Shown: positions 1 through 10,542, counted from the first letter of the stretch. The stretch is 64,000 nt of DNA from Alphaproteobacteria bacterium (GCA_965232515.1 CBDDPY010000002.1:6624001-6688000); one strand, 5' to 3'. The notes: generated by a model from the sequence alone, not told the origin. Numbers and translations: made by a program.

Positions 1-1033
1 TGGCCAGATAGTCGAACTCGCGCTGGATCTTGCCGAAGGCCGCGACCTCGGCCTCGGTCATTTCCAGCTTCTTCAGGTCGGACGGCAGGTTGCCCATGGC
101 CTGCGTGCTGGTCGGCGGATAGCCGGTCAGGCGCGAGAAGGCGATCTGCCGCTCGGGGTCCAGCGTCGCATCGACGAACTTGTAGGCCAGCTCCATGCTG
201 TCTGCCGGCCGGTTGTTGATGATGGACGTGTTGAAGATGAAGCTGAGCCCGCCTTCCTCGGGAACCACGAACTCGACCGGGGCGCCGGCGGCGGCCGCCT
301 TTTCCGTGCGGGCGCCGAAATGCGGACAGACCCAGACCTCTTCCGACAACAGCATTTGGTGCGTGTGCTCGACGTTGTTGATCGTGGCCGCCTTGTTCTT
401 GGTGTACAGGTCCTTCAGCTTGGCGATGCCCGGATCGATGTTGTCGGGCGTACCGCCGTTCAGCTGATTGATGGCGTGGAACACTTCCTGGCCCATCCAG
501 CCCCAGGCCGGGAAGGCGACCTTGCCGGCCAGCTCCGGATCCCACAGGTCGGCCCATTTGGTGATCGGCTTCTTGATGCGTTTGGTGTTCACCGCCAGGC
601 CATAGGGCGTGTGGATCTTGCCGGCGAGATGCGAATAGCGGAACGCCGGATGGATATGCTTCAGGTTCGGGATCTTGTCCTCGGTCCATTCGACGACGGC
701 GTCGAGCGCGCCGAGCTGGCTCGAGGTGTTCTGGTTCTGGTGGATCAGATCCCATTGCGGCCGGCGGCGCTGCGCGATCACCAGCGGCTCGAAGCCCAAT
801 CCCATCTTCCAGATGATCTTGGCATCGGTGCTGGCCTCGAACGGCTTGCCGAAGGAGTTGTTGAACCACTCCTGCCAGGTGCCGCCGGGGAACAGGATGC
901 GCAGCTCGCTGGCGGCGGCCTCGGCGGGGCCCGCGCCCATGGCGGCGACCGCCGCCAGGCCGGCGCCCGCGCCGGCGGTATGACTCAGGAACTCACGCCT
1001 GTTGAACGAACGCCTGTTGTCCTTGTCGCTCAT
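1..1033 (-). CDS. ABC transporter substrate-binding protein (PotD/PotF-like), Tat-exported; 3' end runs off the window
   Basis: Manual minus-strand translation from ATG 1033: MSDKDNRRSFNRREFLSH (twin-Arg) ... ELRILFPGGTWQEWF ... PKEGGLSF; open to position 1. Confidence 0.8.
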   Translation of the reverse strand, partial: MSDKDNRRSFNRREFLSHTAGAGAGLAAVAAMGAGPAEAAASELRILFPGGTWQEWFNNSFGKPFEASTDAKIIWKMGLGFEPLVIAQRRRPQWDLIHQNQNTSSQLGALDAVVEWTEDKIPNLKHIHPAFRYSHLAGKIHTPYGLAVNTKRIKKPITKWADLWDPELAGKVAFPAWGWMGQEVFHAINQLNGGTPDNIDPGIAKLKDLYTKNKAATINNVEHTHQMLLSEEVWVCPHFGARTEKAAAAGAPVEFVVPEEGGLSFIFNTSIINNRPADSMELAYKFVDATLDPERQIAFSRLTGYPPTSTQAMGNLPSDLKKLEMTEAEVAAFGKIQREFDYLA

Positions 1034-1108
1034 TTTTTCCTCCCGTCTGTTTTGGTCGTTGGTCGTCTTACGCGGGGAGCGACGATGTCCGGTCCTGTCT
1101 GTTGCTCC

Positions 1109-1945
1109 CTAGGCCAACGGTTCTCTCTGTTCTGACGCGGCTACGTCATCCGGATGGTCCGGACGGCATGCGCCTGCGCCCATGTCGGACCAGCCACGCC
1201 AATGCGGATCGCCGGCCCGCCGGCCGATGCGGACGGCCTGGCTGACCAGCCGCGCGACCATGCGCTCCTTCTCGTCGTCGAACCGGGTATTGGTCGGATA
1301 GGACAGGCAAAACCCCAGGGTCTGCTGCCCGTCGCCGGCGCCGACCGCCGTGCCGACGGCGCCGAAGCCCGTGAAGGTGCGTTCCGCCGACTCGGCCCAG
1401 CCCTCTATCCGTGCCGCCTGCAGCTCCCGCAGAAGCTGCTTGATCGGCATGTCCAGATGCGTTGTCTCGTAGTGCAGCTCCGGCGGATGCATTCCGACCA
1501 CCGTCGCGTCGTCCATCCGCGCCAGCAGCGCCTTGCCGATCGCCGTGGTGAAGGCCGGCACGCGATAGCCCGGCTCCAGGATGAAGCGCACGGGGTACGA
1601 ACCCTGCCGCACCCGCAGGATCACCACGTCAGTGCCGTCAAGCACGCCGATATAGCCGGTCAGGCCGAACTCGGCGACCAGCTCCTCGACCGCCGCCTCG
1701 ACCAGATCGAGGATCTGCAGATGCGCCTGGTACAGCGTGCCCAGCCGGAAGGCGAGCGGGCCGGGCCGATAGGTCCGCGTTTTGCGATCCTGCTCGACCA
1801 GACCGTGATGCAGCATCTCCTTCAGCAGCCGCGTCACCGTGCTCTTCGGCATGTCCAGCCGGCGGGCCACGTCCGACACGCGCAGCTCCGGCCGCTCCGA
1901 GGCGAAGCACTGCAGGATGTCGATGCCGGATGTCAGCGAGCTCAT
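1109..1945 (-). CDS. IclR family transcriptional regulator
   Basis: HTH VSDVARRLDMPKSTVTRLL; C-terminal TAIGKALLA motif. Confidence 0.92.
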   Translation of the reverse strand: MSSLTSGIDILQCFASERPELRVSDVARRLDMPKSTVTRLLKEMLHHGLVEQDRKTRTYRPGPLAFRLGTLYQAHLQILDLVEAAVEELVAEFGLTGYIGVLDGTDVVILRVRQGSYPVRFILEPGYRVPAFTTAIGKALLARMDDATVVGMHPPELHYETTHLDMPIKQLLRELQAARIEGWAESAERTFTGFGAVGTAVGAGDGQQTLGFCLSYPTNTRFDDEKERMVARLVSQAVRIGRRAGDPHWRGWSDMGAGACRPDHPDDVAASEQREPLA

Positions 1946-1961
1946 GATCCCGAATTTCCGA

Positions 1962-1982
1962 TTGTTCCAGTATATGGAACAA
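1962..1982. promoter_or_regulatory. Palindromic operator, probably IclR autoregulatory
   Basis: TTGTTCCA-GTATA-TGGAACAA inverted repeat just upstream of the iclR start. Confidence 0.6.
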
Positions 1983-2230
1983 GGTAATATATATGGTACG
2001 CACCTCGCGACATCGGCGTCAATGCCGACGTCGCGTCTGCTCGTGTTGTCTCCGCATATTTTGAAAACCGGCGACGACGATCTGTGCGATCATTCGTCGT
2101 CGTCTGGACGTCGGCCCAAATGGCCGCGTCGGACGAACCCGTTTCAGTCAAAGCTTGGTCGGTTGCGTGTGGTGGCGTGCGCGTGCGTGCTTGCGAGTCG
2201 CGACAGCCGTTGTCCAGGGAGGAGACCGAG

Positions 2231-3631
2231 ATGGCGACATGGCAACCCGATCCGACCTTTTATCCCTCACCCCGCATGGCGGCGAAGGCGCCGCATGAAA
2301 CACTGGCCTATGTGGCGGCGTTCGATCCCGAGCGCCAAAGGCCCGACGCGATCGCCGCGGTCGACGTCGACCCGAATTCGTCCGCCTATGGACAGATCGT
2401 CGGCCAGACCGAGATGCCCAACGCCGGCGACGAGCTGCATCACTTCGGCTGGAACGCCTGCAGTTCCTGCCTCTGCCCGAACGCGCCGCATCCGCATATG
2501 GAACGACGGTACCTGGTGGTGCCGGGCCTGCGCTCGTCGCGCATCCACATCCTCGACACCAAGCCCGATCCGAGGCGGCCGGAGATCGTCAAGGTGATCG
2601 AGCCGGAGGAGGTGGCCGAGAAATCAGGCTATACCCGGCCGCACACCATTCACTGCGGCCCGGAAGGCATCTACGTGAACGCGCTCGGCAATGCCGATGG
2701 CGGCGCGCCGGGCGGCATCTTCCTGATGGACGCCGAGAACTTCGACGTGCGCGGGCGCTGGGAAGTCGAACGCGGCCCACAGCAGCTGGCTTACGATTTC
2801 TGGTGGCACCTGGGCTACGACACCATGGTGACCAGCGAATGGGGCACGCCGGACACCTTCGAGGACGGCCTGATCCCGGAGGTCCTGCTCGGCAGCAAGT
2901 ACGGCCGGCGTCTGCACTTCTGGGACCTGCACAAGCGCTGCCACCTGCAGGAAATCGATCTCGGCGAGGAGCAGCAGCTCGTCTTCGAGCTGCGCCCGGC
3001 GCACGACCCGACCAAGGCCTACGGCTTCGTCGGGGTCGTGATCAGTCTGAAGGATCTCTCGTCGTCGATCTGGACCTGGTACCGCGACGGCGATCAATGG
3101 GCGATCAAAAAGGTCATCGAGATCCCGGCCCAGCCGGCCGATCCCGACCAGCTGCCGCCGGTGCTGAAGGACTTCAAGGCCGTGCCGCCGCTCCTCACCG
3201 ACATCGACCTGTCGATGGACGACCGCTTCCTCTACGTTTCCTGCTGGGGCACCGGCGAGATGCATCAATACGATGTCTCCGATCCCTTCAAGCCCGTGCT
3301 TACCGGAAAGGTGCAGATCGGCGGCATCGTCGCCCGCGCCGGCCATCCCGGGACCGGCAATGGGCCCGGCGCGCTCAACGGCGGCCCGCAGATGGTCGAG
3401 ATCAGCCGTGACGGTCGCCGTATCTATTTCACCAACTCGCTTTACGGCGCCATCGATCCGCAATTCTATCCCGACGGCATCGACGGCTGGATGGTGAAGC
3501 TGGACGCCGGTCCGGACGGCGGCATCGAATTCGACGAGGATTTCTTCATCGCCTGGCCCGACGGCCGGCGGCCGCACCAGGTGCGGCTCGAGGGCGGCGA
3601 CTGCTCGTCGGACTCCTATTGTTATCCGTGA
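2231..3631 (+). CDS. Selenium-binding protein SBP56 family (methanethiol oxidase-like), no signal peptide
   Basis: DELHHFGWNACSSC, YDFWWH, GGPQM..S.DG.R.Y.TNSLY, C-terminal GGDCSSD; GGAG RBS before ATG 2231. Confidence 0.92.
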   Translation: MATWQPDPTFYPSPRMAAKAPHETLAYVAAFDPERQRPDAIAAVDVDPNSSAYGQIVGQTEMPNAGDELHHFGWNACSSCLCPNAPHPHMERRYLVVPGLRSSRIHILDTKPDPRRPEIVKVIEPEEVAEKSGYTRPHTIHCGPEGIYVNALGNADGGAPGGIFLMDAENFDVRGRWEVERGPQQLAYDFWWHLGYDTMVTSEWGTPDTFEDGLIPEVLLGSKYGRRLHFWDLHKRCHLQEIDLGEEQQLVFELRPAHDPTKAYGFVGVVISLKDLSSSIWTWYRDGDQWAIKKVIEIPAQPADPDQLPPVLKDFKAVPPLLTDIDLSMDDRFLYVSCWGTGEMHQYDVSDPFKPVLTGKVQIGGIVARAGHPGTGNGPGALNGGPQMVEISRDGRRIYFTNSLYGAIDPQFYPDGIDGWMVKLDAGPDGGIEFDEDFFIAWPDGRRPHQVRLEGGDCSSDSYCYP

Positions 3632-3652
3632 ACGGCGGGGTGAACGGTTAGC

Positions 3653-4282
3653 GTGACGGCACTCTGGCCCTGGCTGACCCTCGCCGGACTCGGCGCCTAT
3701 CACGGCCTGAATCCGGCCATGGGCTGGTTGTTCGCCGTGGCGCTCGGCCAGCACCGGCACAGCCAGCGCGTGGTGCTGACCGCCCTTCTGCCGATCGCGC
3801 TCGGCCACGCGCTCGCCATTCTTGTCGTCGTCGCGGCCGTGGTTGCCCTCGGCATCGTCATCGATCAGCAGGCCGTCCGTCTGGTCGCGGGGGTGACGCT
3901 GCTTGGCTGGGCGGTCTACCACGTCGTCTACGGCCACCGGCACCGGGTGCGCGTCGGCATGCAGGCTGGACTCGCCGGCCTGACGCTCTGGTCGTTCCTG
4001 ATGGCCACTGCCCACGGCGCCGGCCTGATGCTGGTGCCGGTGCTGATCCCGCTCTGCCTCGCGGCGACGCCGGCGCGCGAGATCACGGCCGCGGGTGCGT
4101 TGCCGGTCTCGCTTGCCGCGGTCGGCCTGCACACCGTCGCGATGCTCGCTGTCACCGGCGTCATCGCCGTCGCGGTCTACCGCTGGCTCGGCCTCGGCTT
4201 CCTGCGCCGCGGCTGGCTGAACCTCGACCTGCTCTGGACCGCCGCGCTCGCCGCCGCCGGCATCTTCCTGCTGCTGTCGTGA
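3653..4282 (+). CDS. Integral membrane protein downstream of SBP56
   Basis: About 6 hydrophobic segments with conserved-looking His (YHGLNPAMGW, GH, AHGAGLML, GLHT). Confidence 0.8.
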   Translation: MTALWPWLTLAGLGAYHGLNPAMGWLFAVALGQHRHSQRVVLTALLPIALGHALAILVVVAAVVALGIVIDQQAVRLVAGVTLLGWAVYHVVYGHRHRVRVGMQAGLAGLTLWSFLMATAHGAGLMLVPVLIPLCLAATPAREITAAGALPVSLAAVGLHTVAMLAVTGVIAVAVYRWLGLGFLRRGWLNLDLLWTAALAAAGIFLLLS

Positions 4283-4334
4283 CCGGTCGCCATGCTAGCG
4301 TGATCAACCAGCATATCGACTAGGACCCGCGCCC

Positions 4335-4730
4335 ATGATCACGATCCGCCGCGTCAATCACATCGGCATCCGCGTCGCCGACCGCGACCGTTCGATTGCC
4401 TTCTACCGGCAGTTCGGCTTCGAGCCGATCTACGAGGACGCCAACGAGCCGGTCGTCATCGTCCGCAACGCGGAGGGCGTCGAGATCAACTTCATCGTCA
4501 ATGCCGCCGACGCCAACGACGGCCGCAATATCCTGATGGACGAGCCGGTGAAATACGCCGGCTACACGCACGTGGCGCTGGACGTCGCCTCGATGGACGA
4601 CACGGTCGCCGCCCTCGACGACCTCGGCATCGCCATCAGCGACGGCCCGCTCAAGCTTGGCGACGGATACTCGTTGTTCGTGCGCGACCCCGACGCCAAC
4701 GTCATCGAGCTGCGCCAGGACGGCGCGTAG
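4335..4730 (+). CDS. VOC/glyoxalase family protein
   Basis: NHIGIRV, HVALDV, FVRDPDANVIEL. Confidence 0.9.
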   Translation: MITIRRVNHIGIRVADRDRSIAFYRQFGFEPIYEDANEPVVIVRNAEGVEINFIVNAADANDGRNILMDEPVKYAGYTHVALDVASMDDTVAALDDLGIAISDGPLKLGDGYSLFVRDPDANVIELRQDGA

Positions 4731-4740
4731 CCCCGATTTC

Positions 4741-5520
4741 TCAGTCTCGGTAGTCCGCGGCGGGCGCGTCCAGCATCCGCTTCAGGGCGTCGAAATGGTG
4801 CTCGGCGGCGGGCTTGCCGCCATATTGCGGCGACTGCCGGAAGCCGGCGACGGTCTGCTCGACGATCTCGGGCGGCAGTTCCTTCAGCGGTTTGCCGGTC
4901 CACATGGCGTAGAGCTGCACCTGCGCCACGCGCTCCAGGTAATAGAGCCGGTCATAGGCTTCGGCCACGGTCTTGCCGACGGTCAGCGCGCCATGGTTCG
5001 CCATGATCATGATCTGCTTGTCGCCCAGGACCTCGGCCAGACGTTCGCCCTCGGCCGGGTCGAAGGCCGGGCCGGTATAGATGTCGTCATAGGTCGTTCG
5101 CATGGCCACGCCGACCTCGGTCTGGCCGATCGGCAGGATGCGCGGGTCTTCCAGCCGCGCCAGCGCGCTGGCATACGGCATGTGCGTGTGCATGACGCAG
5201 GCCGCGTCCGGCAGCAGCCGGTGGATCGGCGCGTGGATGCAATAGCAGGACCGTTCGATCTCGCCTTCGCCGCTCAGCCGCTCTCCGTCATAGCTGACTT
5301 CCATGAAGCAGCTCGCCGTCACCTCGCGCCAGTGCAGCCCGAACGGGATCTGAAGATAGCGGTCGTCGGTGCCCGGCACGGCCAGCGTCAGGTGGTTGAA
5401 GATGCCTTCGTGAAAGCCGTGCATGACGGCGAGCCGATGCGCCGCTGCCAGATCGACCCGCGCCTGCCACTGGGCGCTCTCGGTATCGGCATCACTTGCT
5501 CTCAGCGTCGACACGCTCAT
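4741..5520 (-). CDS. Class II aldolase/adducin family protein
   Basis: RVDLAAAHR, IFNH, IHAPIH, HTHMPY, ANHG metal-binding motifs. Confidence 0.9.
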   Translation of the reverse strand: MSVSTLRASDADTESAQWQARVDLAAAHRLAVMHGFHEGIFNHLTLAVPGTDDRYLQIPFGLHWREVTASCFMEVSYDGERLSGEGEIERSCYCIHAPIHRLLPDAACVMHTHMPYASALARLEDPRILPIGQTEVGVAMRTTYDDIYTGPAFDPAEGERLAEVLGDKQIMIMANHGALTVGKTVAEAYDRLYYLERVAQVQLYAMWTGKPLKELPPEIVEQTVAGFRQSPQYGGKPAAEHHFDALKRMLDAPAADYRD

Positions 5521-5647
5521 CTCGTTGTCCTTCCTGCCTGGATTCGCCACGGTCGGCCCGTCGGCATGCTACCGGTCGTGACGTCCGTCTACAATCCCGA
5601 GGGCGACGCCCCCATATGTCAGCCATTCGGAAATGGAGGAGGACGAC

Positions 5648-6226
5648 ATGAGCGCCGGAGACCCGAACCGCGTGATCCTGACGGGCGAGAACCCGTTCAT
5701 TCGACTGAGCGAAACCGATGGCGGTGACAACACGACCGACGCCAGCTTCTGGCGCATCCTGTTCTGCCCGGCCGGCCCGGGGCATGTGCTATATCTCAAG
5801 AGCGAGTTGACCGAGAACCGCTGGCGTATCTACAGCGACAATATCGCCATGGCGCGCTGGCTGCAGTCGACCGTGCAGGGCATGCTCAACGCCGAGACGG
5901 CCGACACCGCGATCCCGGTCACCGACGCGGAATTCAGCAAGTCGGGCGATCCGCGCTACTTCTGGACCGAGCGGGTGGTCGCGCGCGACGAGGACATTGC
6001 CCTCACCTGGCACGAGATCGGCGATCCCCTGCTGCTGCACACGCAGCCCGATGCGGAATCGAAGCGGCAATATGGCGTCTGCACTGTGCTGGTGCCGGCG
6101 CTCGGCGCGCGCCTGACCCATAACGGCGTCGAGGCCAAAGGCCAACCCTGGCCGCGCGAGCGCGAGTCGCGGCCCTTCAGCACTTGCGCGCTGGCTTTCT
6201 CCGAGAGCTGGACCGAAGCCCGCTAG
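5648..6226 (+). CDS. Hypothetical protein (beta-rich), divergent from the aldolase
   Basis: Strong GGAGGAGG RBS, host-like codon usage. Confidence 0.75.
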   Translation: MSAGDPNRVILTGENPFIRLSETDGGDNTTDASFWRILFCPAGPGHVLYLKSELTENRWRIYSDNIAMARWLQSTVQGMLNAETADTAIPVTDAEFSKSGDPRYFWTERVVARDEDIALTWHEIGDPLLLHTQPDAESKRQYGVCTVLVPALGARLTHNGVEAKGQPWPRERESRPFSTCALAFSESWTEAR

Positions 6227-6240
6227 CTCAAGATATCTGT

Positions 6241-6272
6241 CTGCCTGCCGATCGACACTGGTCGGCAGGCAG
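6241..6272. terminator. GC-rich stem-loop after the 5648-6226 gene
   Basis: CTGCCTGCCGATC-GACACT-GGTCGGCAGGCAG inverted repeat. Confidence 0.45.
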
Positions 6273-6499
6273 TCGACCGAACCAAAATCCGCAGAGTCCT
6301 AACGATTTGCGGCGCCTTCTGTCGCTGCCTTGCATTTTTGCAATCCAACTTTGCGTTATTTGCCGTTCATGATCGCGGCGCCTTAACCCTAACTATTCAT
6401 CAGAGCCCAAGAGGGCCATCGCCAGACCGTCGGCGGGGTGGAACGGTTGGCCGGATCGCTGGCGATGACGAATGCAGGCTTCAGCAGAAGGCGAACGGC

Positions 6500-6697
6500 A
6501 TGCAGCACGCGATCAACGACTTCAACGGGATCACCCGCTCCTCAGGCGAGCTGATCGGCGGCCATGAGGGGCGTTTAACCTATCTGCGCGCCCGGCGCAT
6601 GCATCTGCGGCAGAAGGTGTTGGCCCACAGCAACTCACTGTCGCGACTCCAGAACGAGCTGGACGTGATCGAGACGGAGCTGCGCGAAACGGCTTAG
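6500..6697 (+). CDS. Small hypothetical coiled-coil protein
   Basis: MQHAIND...LSRLQNELDVIETELRETA heptad pattern; start uncertain. Confidence 0.5.
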   Translation: MQHAINDFNGITRSSGELIGGHEGRLTYLRARRMHLRQKVLAHSNSLSRLQNELDVIETELRETA

Positions 6698-6886
6698 TCG
6701 GGGGGATATGTACGGCCTCATGGCCGCTACTCGCCCCATCGCGCGCCCAAACCCGATCACCCTTCGAGCGTATGTCCACGCTCATTCCGGCTAAGGCGCG
6801 CGATGGGGCGAGCCACTTTCAAGAACCAAGTTGGCGCAGAGGGCAGGTCGCGGCGCCGGCCGGCGGGCGGAGAATGGGCCCCGGCG

Positions 6887-7618
6887 TCAGATCTCGACGT
6901 CGACCACCAGCGGAACATGATCGCTCAGGCCGGCGCCGCACCAATCTTCATAGCTGCCCACGTCCAGTTCCCGGATCCGCCCGGTCAGGCGTTCGGGCAG
7001 AAACACATAATCGATATGGTAGGTCGGCCCGTCCTTCTTGCGGTCCCGCCAATAGAGCGTCGGCTGGCTCTCGTTGCCCTGGGCCTCGCCGCTCAGCGCA
7101 TGATAGGCGCTGACCAGGCCGTGCCGCGCCAGCAGCGCCACCGTGCCGGCATGGTTGATGCGCCAGCCCGGCCGGTCCCAGATCACGTTGTTGTTCAGGT
7201 CGCCCGCGACCATCGCCGGTCCCTTGACCAGAAAGCTGCTGTATTTGGTCAGCGCGCGGCGCAGCGGTCCGGCCTGCCGCTTACGGGTGTTGCCGCCGCT
7301 GGCGTTCTGCGCCCAGACCGCCAGCAGGTTGAAGGCATGGGGGCCGTCCACTTCGATGGGCGCGATGTATCGTAACGTCGGATAGAACGGCTCGGCGAGC
7401 CGGACGCCGTAGCCGTTAAAGGCGAACACGCCCAGCCCTTTGTTCCGATTGCGTCCGATCCAGACCGGCTCGCCCTCGACGCCCGCCAGGGCCGCGCGTT
7501 CCCGCAGCCGGTCCGGCTCGGCGCATTCGCAGACCACGGCGATGTCGGGCTCCAGGCGCAACAATGCCTCGAACTTCCGGTGCAACGCCATGTTGCAGTT
7601 CCAGGTGACAAGCCGCAC
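6887..7618 (-). CDS. Endonuclease/exonuclease/phosphatase (EEP) family protein
   Basis: RLVTWNC, GDLN, HIDYVF, SDHVP motifs. Confidence 0.9.
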   Translation of the reverse strand: MRLVTWNCNMALHRKFEALLRLEPDIAVVCECAEPDRLRERAALAGVEGEPVWIGRNRNKGLGVFAFNGYGVRLAEPFYPTLRYIAPIEVDGPHAFNLLAVWAQNASGGNTRKRQAGPLRRALTKYSSFLVKGPAMVAGDLNNNVIWDRPGWRINHAGTVALLARHGLVSAYHALSGEAQGNESQPTLYWRDRKKDGPTYHIDYVFLPERLTGRIRELDVGSYEDWCGAGLSDHVPLVVDVEI

Positions 7619-7699
7619 GATCCGGACCCCCGAGAGTGTTTTCCGTCGACGCGGTCCGTGCTTAGCAGGGCTTTGCTGCCACCCCTCTGTCAGTAGTGT

Positions 7700-8671
7700 T
7701 CAGCCGCCGGCCACCCCTTGCGTGTTCACGTAGAGCGCGTAGAGCGACTGGCTCGCGGCCATGAACAGGCGGTTGCGCTTCGGTCCGCCGAAGCAGACGT
7801 TGGCGCAGCGTTCGGGCAGGGCGATGCGGCCGATCTTCGCGCCGTCGGGCGCGAACACCAGCACGCCGTCGAGCTCGGCTGTGCCCATGCCCCAGCCGCA
7901 CCAGAGATTGCCGTCGATGTCGCAGCGCATGCCGTCGGGCGTGCCGCCGGGGCCGGCGTCGATATGCACGCGCTTGTTCGTGATCCCGCGGCCGCCGGCG
8001 GTGACGTCGTAGGCCAGGATCTTGCGGTTCGGCACGCCGCGCGACTCGACCACGTAGAGGATGCTTTCGTCCGGCGAGAAGCAGAGCCCGTTCGGCCCCA
8101 GCACGTCGTCGGTCAGCAGCGTCGCCTCGCCGGTCTCGCCGTCGACGCGATAGACCGCCTGCGCGGTTTCCGACTCGGCCTTGTGACCCTCGTAGTTGCC
8201 GAGGATGCCGAAGGGCGGGTCGGTGAACCAGACCGAACCGTCCGACTTTACGACCACGTCGTTCGGCGAGTTCAGCCGGTTGCCCTGCCAGTTGTCCATC
8301 AGCACGGTGATGCGGCCGTCGTGCTCCGTGCGGGTGACCCGCCGGCCGCCATGCTCGCAGGTGATCAGCCGGCCCTGACGGTCGCGCGTATGGCCGTTGG
8401 CGAAATCCGACGGCCGGCGATAGATGCTGACCGCGCCGGTCTCCTCCTCCCACTTCAGGATCCGGTTGTTCGGGATGTCGCTCCACAACAGATACCGCCC
8501 GTCGCCGAACCAGACCGGCCCTTCCGACCAGCGGCAGCCGGTGTACAGACGCTCGACGGCGGCGCTGAAGATGCGATAGCCGTCGAAGCGCTCGTCCAGC
8601 GTCTCGATGGCGGGGTCGGGATAGCGCGGATGGTCGCGCCAACCGGCGGTGTTCGGATGCTCCGTGGCCAT
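7700..8671 (-). CDS. SMP-30/gluconolactonase family protein
   Basis: SEGPVW, NSPNDVVV, PNGLCFSPDE, PDGMRCD. Confidence 0.93.
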   Translation of the reverse strand: MATEHPNTAGWRDHPRYPDPAIETLDERFDGYRIFSAAVERLYTGCRWSEGPVWFGDGRYLLWSDIPNNRILKWEEETGAVSIYRRPSDFANGHTRDRQGRLITCEHGGRRVTRTEHDGRITVLMDNWQGNRLNSPNDVVVKSDGSVWFTDPPFGILGNYEGHKAESETAQAVYRVDGETGEATLLTDDVLGPNGLCFSPDESILYVVESRGVPNRKILAYDVTAGGRGITNKRVHIDAGPGGTPDGMRCDIDGNLWCGWGMGTAELDGVLVFAPDGAKIGRIALPERCANVCFGGPKRNRLFMAASQSLYALYVNTQGVAGG

Positions 8672-8821
8672 GTCAGGTCTCTCCGGCGATAGCGTCTCGG
8701 CCCGCAAGAGTGGCCCGATGCGGACCTCGGGTCCAGTCTCGCGTCAGAGCGCTTTGCTGCACTTGAACACTGTGCATCTGGAGGCCAAGCTTAGGCCGCC
8801 TTGGTAGTGAGTGGGGACGTG

Positions 8822-10450
8822 ATGTCAGACAAAAAGCCGAACGGCGGCAACGGCGCCGCCGGACCCGTCGATGTCGATGTGGCCGTGGTGGGCGCCGGGT
8901 TTGCCGGCATGTACATGCTGCACCGCTTGCGCGGCTTCGGCTTCTCGGTGCGCGTGCTCGAAGCCGGCAGCGGCGTCGGCGGCACCTGGTACTGGAACCG
9001 CTATCCCGGCGCCCGCTGCGATGTCGAGAGCATGCAGTACTCGTATCAGTTCTCCGACGACCTGCAGCAGGAATGGAACTGGTCCGAGCGCTACGCGCCC
9101 CAGTCCGAGATCCTGCGCTACGCCGAGCACGTCGCCGACCGCTTCGACCTGCGCCGCGACATCCGGTTCGACACATCGGTCATATCGGCCCGCTTCGACG
9201 AGGATGCCTGCCGCTGGATTGTCGAAACCGACGCGGGCGACGCTATCGCCGCCCGCTACGTCGTGATGGCGACCGGCTGCCTCTCCGCGCCCAACACGCC
9301 GACGTTCAAGGGCCTCGAGAGCTTCGCCGGCCCGCGCTACCACACCGGTTATTGGCCGAAGGCGGGCGTCGACTTCACCGGCCGGCGCGTCGGCGTCATC
9401 GGCACCGGTTCGTCGGCGATCCAGTCGATCCCGCTCATCGCCGAACAGGCCGAACACCTCTATGTCTTTCAGCGCACGCCGAACTACGCGGTGCCCGCGC
9501 ACAACGCGCCGCTCGATCCGGACTATGTGCGCGGCGTCAAGGCCGACTATGCCGGCATGCGCGCGCGGGCGCGCAACATGCCGCCCGCCCTCGACTACGT
9601 CTTCAACCCGCAATCGGCGCTGGACGCCTCCGAGGACGAGCGCCGCCGCCAGTACGAGCAGCGCTGGGCCGACGGCGGGCTCGCCTTCATGGGCGCCTTC
9701 GGCGATCTGCTGCTCGACGAGGCCGCCAACGACACCGCGGCCGAGTTCGTGCGCGGCAAGATCCGCGAGATCGTGCACGATCCGGAGGTCGCCGAACGCC
9801 TCTCGCCCGACAACGTCATCGGCTGCAAGCGGCTCTGCGTCGACACCGGCTACTACGCCACCTACAACCGCCCCAACGTCACCCTCGTCGATGTCAGCAA
9901 GACGCCCATCGACGAGATCACGCCCACCGGCCTCACCGTCGCTGGCCGGCCCTACGACTTCGATGACCTGGTGCTGGCCACCGGCTTCGACGCCATGACG
10001 GGCGCGCTGCTCAGGATCGACATCTCCGGTCGCGGCGGCCTCAAGCTCAAGGACAAATGGCACGGCGGCCCGCGCACCTATCTGGGCCTCGCCGTCAATG
10101 GCTTCCCAAACCTGTTCACCATCACCGGCCCCGGCAGCCCGTCGGTGCTCACCAACATGCTGCCCTCCATCGAGCAACACGTCGAGTGGATCGCCGACTG
10201 CCTCGTGCACCAGCGCAAGCACGGCCACGCCACCATCGAGGCCGAGACCGCCGCCGAGGATGCCTGGGTCCGGCACGTCAACGACACTGCCGACCTATCG
10301 CTGCGCTCGACCTGCAGCTCCTGGTATGTCGGCGCCAACGTCCCCGGCAAGCCCCGCGTCTTCATGCCCTACATCGGCGGCCATCCAGCCTATGTCGACA
10401 AATGCGACTCTGTCGCCGCGAGCGGCTATGAGGGATTTGTCACGGATTAG
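8822..10450 (+). CDS. Type I Baeyer-Villiger monooxygenase (cyclohexanone monooxygenase family)
   Basis: GAGFAG, GGTWYWNRYPGARCD, FAGPRYHTGYWP fingerprint, GTGSSA, ATGFDA. Confidence 0.95.
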   Translation: MSDKKPNGGNGAAGPVDVDVAVVGAGFAGMYMLHRLRGFGFSVRVLEAGSGVGGTWYWNRYPGARCDVESMQYSYQFSDDLQQEWNWSERYAPQSEILRYAEHVADRFDLRRDIRFDTSVISARFDEDACRWIVETDAGDAIAARYVVMATGCLSAPNTPTFKGLESFAGPRYHTGYWPKAGVDFTGRRVGVIGTGSSAIQSIPLIAEQAEHLYVFQRTPNYAVPAHNAPLDPDYVRGVKADYAGMRARARNMPPALDYVFNPQSALDASEDERRRQYEQRWADGGLAFMGAFGDLLLDEAANDTAAEFVRGKIREIVHDPEVAERLSPDNVIGCKRLCVDTGYYATYNRPNVTLVDVSKTPIDEITPTGLTVAGRPYDFDDLVLATGFDAMTGALLRIDISGRGGLKLKDKWHGGPRTYLGLAVNGFPNLFTITGPGSPSVLTNMLPSIEQHVEWIADCLVHQRKHGHATIEAETAAEDAWVRHVNDTADLSLRSTCSSWYVGANVPGKPRVFMPYIGGHPAYVDKCDSVAASGYEGFVTD

Positions 10451-10542
10451 CGTGCCGAAATGCACCGAAAACCAGTCGTGATCGTTGTCGCCGGGCGCGT
10501 TCTGATCTAGCCTAGTTGGACATAATCCTGAGGAGGATCGGC

